A stretch of 64,000 nucleotides of DNA from Chrysomallon squamiferum (lineage: Eukaryota > Animalia > Mollusca): positions 12,648,001 through 12,712,000 of the forward strand of contig CM022665.1 in NCBI GenBank assembly GCA_012295275.1, written 5' to 3'. Positions 58,604-64,000 of the stretch are shown here, in pieces. The translations under genes were made by a program, and so were the position numbers. The notes under the pieces were generated by a model. The model was not told where the DNA came from. It searched no databases and saw only the letters and a list, made by a program, of their open reading frames with translations. Each line of letters starts with the position of its first letter. The stretch's first letter is position 1.

Positions 58604-61026
58604 AGCAGCAATAAATGATCTAAAATAGTGTATCTCATATCTCCTGGATTATTCAGATAAAATCCACCAGTTAATTTTAAGCAGCTGATGTAATAATGAT
58701 GAAAATATAATTCATCTGATTAACAAAACAAGAAAAAGAAAAAAAAATCCACAAATACAAATGTTTCTGAATGCAGTGCTTCATTATATTACAGATCTTA
58801 TTAAAAAGCTTATAAATAAATCAGTGACAAAACTTACATCTGCAGAAAATCACAACTCCTGAAAAGTTGTTTTCCTGATATAGTCATAATTAGCACTGAT
58901 TTGTGGAAAATCCTTATTCACTAAAAAATAAATGAGATAAATAACAAAATGAATGCAGATTTATGTCCAGTTAATGTACATTTATGTTTATGGCAAGAAA
59001 AAGATGATAAGTAAACTTGAATCGATGATATTTAAGTACCAAGTTTATATATATTTTTTTTTATGAACATGGATCTAGATTTCTGTGATTACTGATTCTC
59101 TGGTTAAATTAATTGTTACAAGAATAGAGAATAAAACATACATCACAACAAAAATATCTGAAACATATGATACATACACAAGAGAAAAATTAAGAGAAAA
59201 ATATTCTTAAAACAAATTATCCCATTAAAGAAAATATTAATGTGGAATATGGGAAATTAAATGAAAAAAGTTTAACAATACATGTACTAATATTTGATTG
59301 AAAAATAAATCATAATAATATAAAAGAAAAACTAAATATAAACTAAATAATACTGAATGAAAAGCAAATTCTAAACTAATGAAAAAAACAAAAATGACTA
59401 ATAAATTAAATATATATATATACATATATAAATAATAATAATACAAACAAAACCTTGAAAATCTTATGGTAAAACAGAAAAACTGAAAAGAAAACAGTGA
59501 ATGAATGAATGAATGAATGTTTAATGACAGTAAAGAAAATATGAAAATGAAATCCTGAAAAAATATTACTAATATATCATGCTGGTAATTTGGAATGATC
59601 TTCATGTTGGAATGATTAAATAGACATTGTTATTTAAAATGTTTAATGAAAACAAAATTTAATGTCATGGATCTTTTAACTTACTGTTTGTACAGAACTC
59701 ATATTATTTATCAAATGTTTTATTTATTTGTTTGTTTTACATTTGAGTATTTGAATATCATTTCATTATCTGATATCAATTTTTACTTCTTTCTTTTTTT
59801 TAAATTAAAACAATAAAATTGATCTTAATGTAATACAAATTAGAACAATGTATTTTCCTCTCTAAACAAGAATGGAAATTATTTGTAGACAGTTTCAGAT
59901 TTTATATGGCTATCTGGATCAAAGTAAAAACAAAGTTTGAAATAGGTATAAATTTTCCTTATTTACTACATTGTTTCTTAACAATGTTTATTTTAATATC
60001 ATTTTCAGAACAGCATTGTGCAGATACAATTCTTCCCATAGCAATTCGATGGCTAGACTAAAATATATAATTATATTCAATATTTAGAAAATAAAATAAT
60101 TTACAAAATTTTAAACAACCAGAATAATAAATAATCAGATGTGAGTTTTCTTACAAACCAAAAAAACCTTAAAAACTTAAAAAAAAAAAAAGAGAATCCA
60201 AACAGAAAAATAATGCCTGCAAATTAAATGAAAAATTAATACTAGAAATTAATACCTAAATAAAAATTAAATCTCTGACATAAACATGAAGTACAATTCT
60301 GAAATGCAGTCTTCCTGTCTGCCTGTGTATAAATATTATATACATGTAAATCAGTATCAATGTTTAGATTGTCCCACATAATTTATAAACCCACAAATTG
60401 CACAAGAACATGCTTTATAGCACATGTAACTATTACTACCAATGGAATAACTTCTTCCATACTAAACTAATCTTTCACCAAAAATTTCCATTTCAAAATT
60501 GACTGAATGTTTCACAAATATTTTGAGGTTTTTAAAATTTAATAAACACATTTATTGCTATACATTTTATTTTTATTTTTTTCAATTTATTTTTAATAGA
60601 TGTATGAATGAATATTTTACTATTACCTAAAACAAAGCCAAAATCTTCCACATAAAGATTCTGGTTTCAAAAATGTTTTCATTTATATATTTTGCATTAA
60701 TTTCTTTTAACTAACGCTAGAAAGAATAATATATTACTAATTGCTTTCCCAAAAGAAGTCCAAAATAGTCACAATAAATATTTGTATCTCAAATACATTA
60801 AAAATTCTATTTTTTTTTTTTTTTCTATTTCTTTCAAGTTTCTGTTAGTAAGATTAAATAAAATTAAACAAAATCTGTTACATGTGATCCCCACTTCAAA
60901 TTTAAATACAGATATTGTGTATACATATTTTGAGGTGTTTTTTTTTTTTAATCTTTCAAACAGATACTTGAAACATTTAATTACTATGGAATAGTTTCTC
61001 CAAATCCAAACCAAGTTTATATATAC

Positions 61027-61044
61027 AATATTTATCAAATATTC

Positions 61045-61079
<35 letters not shown>

Positions 61080-61482
61080 TTACAGAAATCTAATCCAAAC
61101 AAGGTCTTTGTTTCAAATTTAAAATTTAAATAAACATTGTCATAGTTCTTTTTTCTTTCTTTTTTTGGTTGTGGTTCTTTCACATTATTAATCAGGATCA
61201 TGTAACATCAGATTATAAAATATTTAAAAAACAAAAATAAAATAAGAAATATACAATATTTCTGTATTTAAATCAGAGAATATTTATCAAATATTCTTAT
61301 AGGTATATTTTACACAACTAATTCAATCATCAGCGAAAGGTTCTTGTTTCACATCTCAAGTTTAAGTATTTTCATAGTTTTTTTCTTTTTTTTTCTTCTT
61401 CTTGTGGCTCTTTCATTTTACCAATCAAGATAATGGTAATATATTATAAAATATTTATAAAATAAAAATAAAATAAGTAAAA
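61027..61482. repeat. Diverged ~250-bp tandem duplication in presumptive TMEM181 3' UTR
   Basis: aatatttatcaaatattcttata...catagtt...tgtgg...aaaataaaataag recurs at about 61027 and 61279. Confidence 0.7.
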
Positions 61483-61564
61483 TGTCATGGTCTCTGCTGA
61501 GATCATTAAAATACAGCATTTTAAAAATACTTATTTATCATCAGACTGTCTTCAAAGAGAACTT

Positions 61565-61634
61565 CTATCTGAAATCATCATCACTATCATATTTGGTGAA
61601 ACTCCTTGCTGTTGTTGTGGCTTCTTCATCAGAC
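61565..61634 (-). CDS. TMEM181: TMEM181 last coding exon
   Basis: aag|G SDEEATTTARSFTKYDSDDDFR*; phase fits; acidic tail as in TMEM181. Confidence 0.8.
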
Positions 61635-62971
61635 CTTTAAATAAATAAAAAAAATAATTAAATAATTAAATTAATTAATATAAATAAACAAATAAATTAA
61701 TAATTTTTTTTTTTTTTTTAAATCTATAAATATTCTAGAAGACCTTCATTAATTTCAGTAACAGATACTATTTGAATTAAGCTTATTTTAATAATAATCA
61801 TTTATGAAGAAGTTATTTATTTATTTATTTATTTATTTATTTTACATTTGAATATTATTTCATTATCAGCTATTAATTATTTTTTTTATTTTATTTTTTT
61901 GAATTAAAATGATAAATTAATACAAACCACACCAGTGTATTATTCTCTTACCTGAACTAAAATTATTTATACTAAAATCTGAACTAAAATTATTTACACT
62001 AAACACATATAAATGTATTCATACATCCATATATAAATTAAACAGAACATCTTAGTTATTATTATTTGTAACTGCTCAAAGTTACAAAGACATATTTGCC
62101 AAAACAATGACAAATTAACTAATTCAAAAATAATTTAAAAATTAAAAAAAAATAAAGCTCTGACAAGCAAAAAATATTTTAAAAACCCATAAAGAACAAT
62201 AAGAAACATACAAACAAGAAAATTGTTTGTTTTTTTGTTTAATTAAAAATAAGTTTCCATTAATTGACAACCAACTTGTGTTCTTGAGCTTCAAAACTTG
62301 TTAAATTTAAATTTCAAACCTAATATGCTTAAAAATAGATAAATAAATAAATAAATAATTAAATAATTACAATATTTTTCAAAAACTTAATTAAAAATAA
62401 ATTTTCTCAACTCTAACAAATGTTTTGAGTTAAATTTAAAGATTTTCAATTAAAAGGACAATTAATAAGAACTTAAATATAGTTAACAATGACATGCAAC
62501 AGTACAATACAATAAATAAACAAAATATAAATTGTAAATAACAAAATAAAAAATAAAAACAATATCTTCATAATTCTACCTGTACTTTATGAACTTTTTT
62601 CTTCCTTTCCATTAAAGTTTTTTCTACTCTTCTTAATAAAAAAATAGTTTACCAAATTATTTTTTAAACTCCAAATTAATTTTAAAAATTATATAAAAAT
62701 TTCAAATGTTGATCATGTAAATAATATTATTTTTTTAGGAAATAAATAATTTTAAATATTTTCAGCAGCTTAAACTGGATTGTACATCTAAGAAAATGTT
62801 TTTCACTGCTATTTTAAAACAAAATAATTAAAAACTAATTAAATAAATAATAAGAAAAAATCACATATTATCTATAATTACCATCTTAGGAACTTGGGAA
62901 GATGTAAACAATGGCTGTTTTAAAGATACTAATAAAAGAATAATGGTTTTATAAAATTCTAAATATATTAC

Positions 62972-63038
62972 CCATAATGCACTTCTTCATCAGAATCATT
63001 GAGCATGGACAATGCAGGGTTGTCTTTGAAATGAGTTT
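62972..63038 (-). CDS. TMEM181: TMEM181 penultimate coding exon
   Basis: ETHFKDNPALSMLNDSDEEVHYG, cf. ESQLKDNPAFSMLNDSDDDVIYG; phases 1 and 2 fit the neighbouring exons. Confidence 0.92.
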
Positions 63039-63350
63039 CTGAAAGAAAAAAAGGAAAAATCTTATTAAATCTCTAGAAATATCAATGTATTAAAAAAAAA
63101 AAAAAAAACCCTATAAAATTAATGTTAATTAAAATTATAAAATCTCCAGACACATCAATTAGGCTCACACACAAACATGAAGATTAAAAAGTAAATTCAG
63201 AAGGAATTTTGATAATACAGACAAGAAAATTAATTAGTCATGTAACCAGAATTCAGAAGAATTAACAGAGAAATTCTAATGATCTAAGAAAATTCAGTAA
63301 GAAAAACACAATGTTAACTGGCATACATTAGAGTATATTTAATTATTTAC

Positions 63351-63575
63351 CATACATAGCATTTTTGGATGGCGAGTATACAAAGGCCATGGTGTACATG
63401 TAGAAGTTGAGAAGACCATAGAACGAGACAAATTCAGCTGAGTTTTCGTAATTTGTTGACATTTCTGCAACGAAATTGTCTTGTAACACGCCACTTCCAA
63501 ACCTGAGAATGGTGATCGCAATGCTGATAGAAAGAACTATCAACATGAGTGCTGTCATGAACTTTAATCTTAAAT
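63351..63575 (-). CDS. TMEM181: Transmembrane protein 181, internal exon
   Basis: DLRLKFMTALMLIVLSISIAITILRFGSGVLQDNFVAEMSTNYENSAEFVSFYGLLNFYMYTMAFVYSPSKNAMY matches the recalled TMEM181 C-terminal TM region (DLRLKFLTAL...LRFG..VLQDNFVAELST.Y.NSAEF.SFYGLLNFY.YT.AFVYSPSKNA.Y); cag/gt boundaries. Confidence 0.93.
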
Positions 63576-64000
63576 CTGTAAGCAAAAATAAAAACAGTCA
63601 CATACTGAACATCTTGAAAAACCCGATTAGAAAATAAAATTAAAATAAAAAATAACACTTCCTAAAATATTTTTACATATATTTTTTTATAAACTCCCCA
63701 ACAAAACATTTATATATGTATCAAAATAATGAACAAAACACATCCTCATGTTGTGTAAAAGAACTATAAGTAAAATGAAAGTATCGGATAATTCATTTAA
63801 AACTTAATACTTAGAATCATGTCAGATATTCATTGACTTTTAAAATGTATGTGAGCCGGGTTTGATATTTTTATTAAATTGTACAAATGACAAATTCTGT
63901 TTAATCACATAACTATAAATTTTATTTCTTAGGTACTGAATAATTAATTAATAACACAGCAAATAATGTGTTGTACCATGAAATAAAATCTATCATAAAT

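Noticed and set aside
3290-60994. Many 60-120 aa ORFs rich in F/L/I/Y/N from the ORF track (e.g. 3290, 5664, 9895, 10689, 22084, 34065, 34417, 59237)
   Set aside because: They are translations of AT-rich intron or UTR sequence and microsatellites, with no homology or splice support.

Overview
AT-rich, intron-dense animal genomic DNA with many microsatellites; the species cannot be determined from the sequence. The + strand (to 53185) carries the 3' portion of one very large, strongly divergent dynein heavy chain gene. I traced 61 core exons by hand from 4177 to the stop at 53185 (9807 nt, about 3268 aa), with splice phases consistent throughout. They cover the linker end, AAA1-AAA4, stalk/MTBD, AAA5, AAA6 and the C-terminal domain; the N-terminal tail lies upstream of the window. 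The ORF is intact but the motor is atypical: AAA1 sensor-II Arg is replaced by Ser, the AAA4 P-loop and Walker B are lost, both stalk helices are interrupted, and the MTBD has two large insertions. A set of frame-preserving candidate micro/mini-exons (3-51 nt) sits mostly in these insertions and in the four longest introns. The last three coding exons of TMEM181 lie on the - strand (61565-63575), convergent with the dynein gene. Introns contain several tandem duplications of exon boundaries, a mariner-type 81-bp MITE and a foldback element. All coordinates and alignments were done by eye; no database searches were run.
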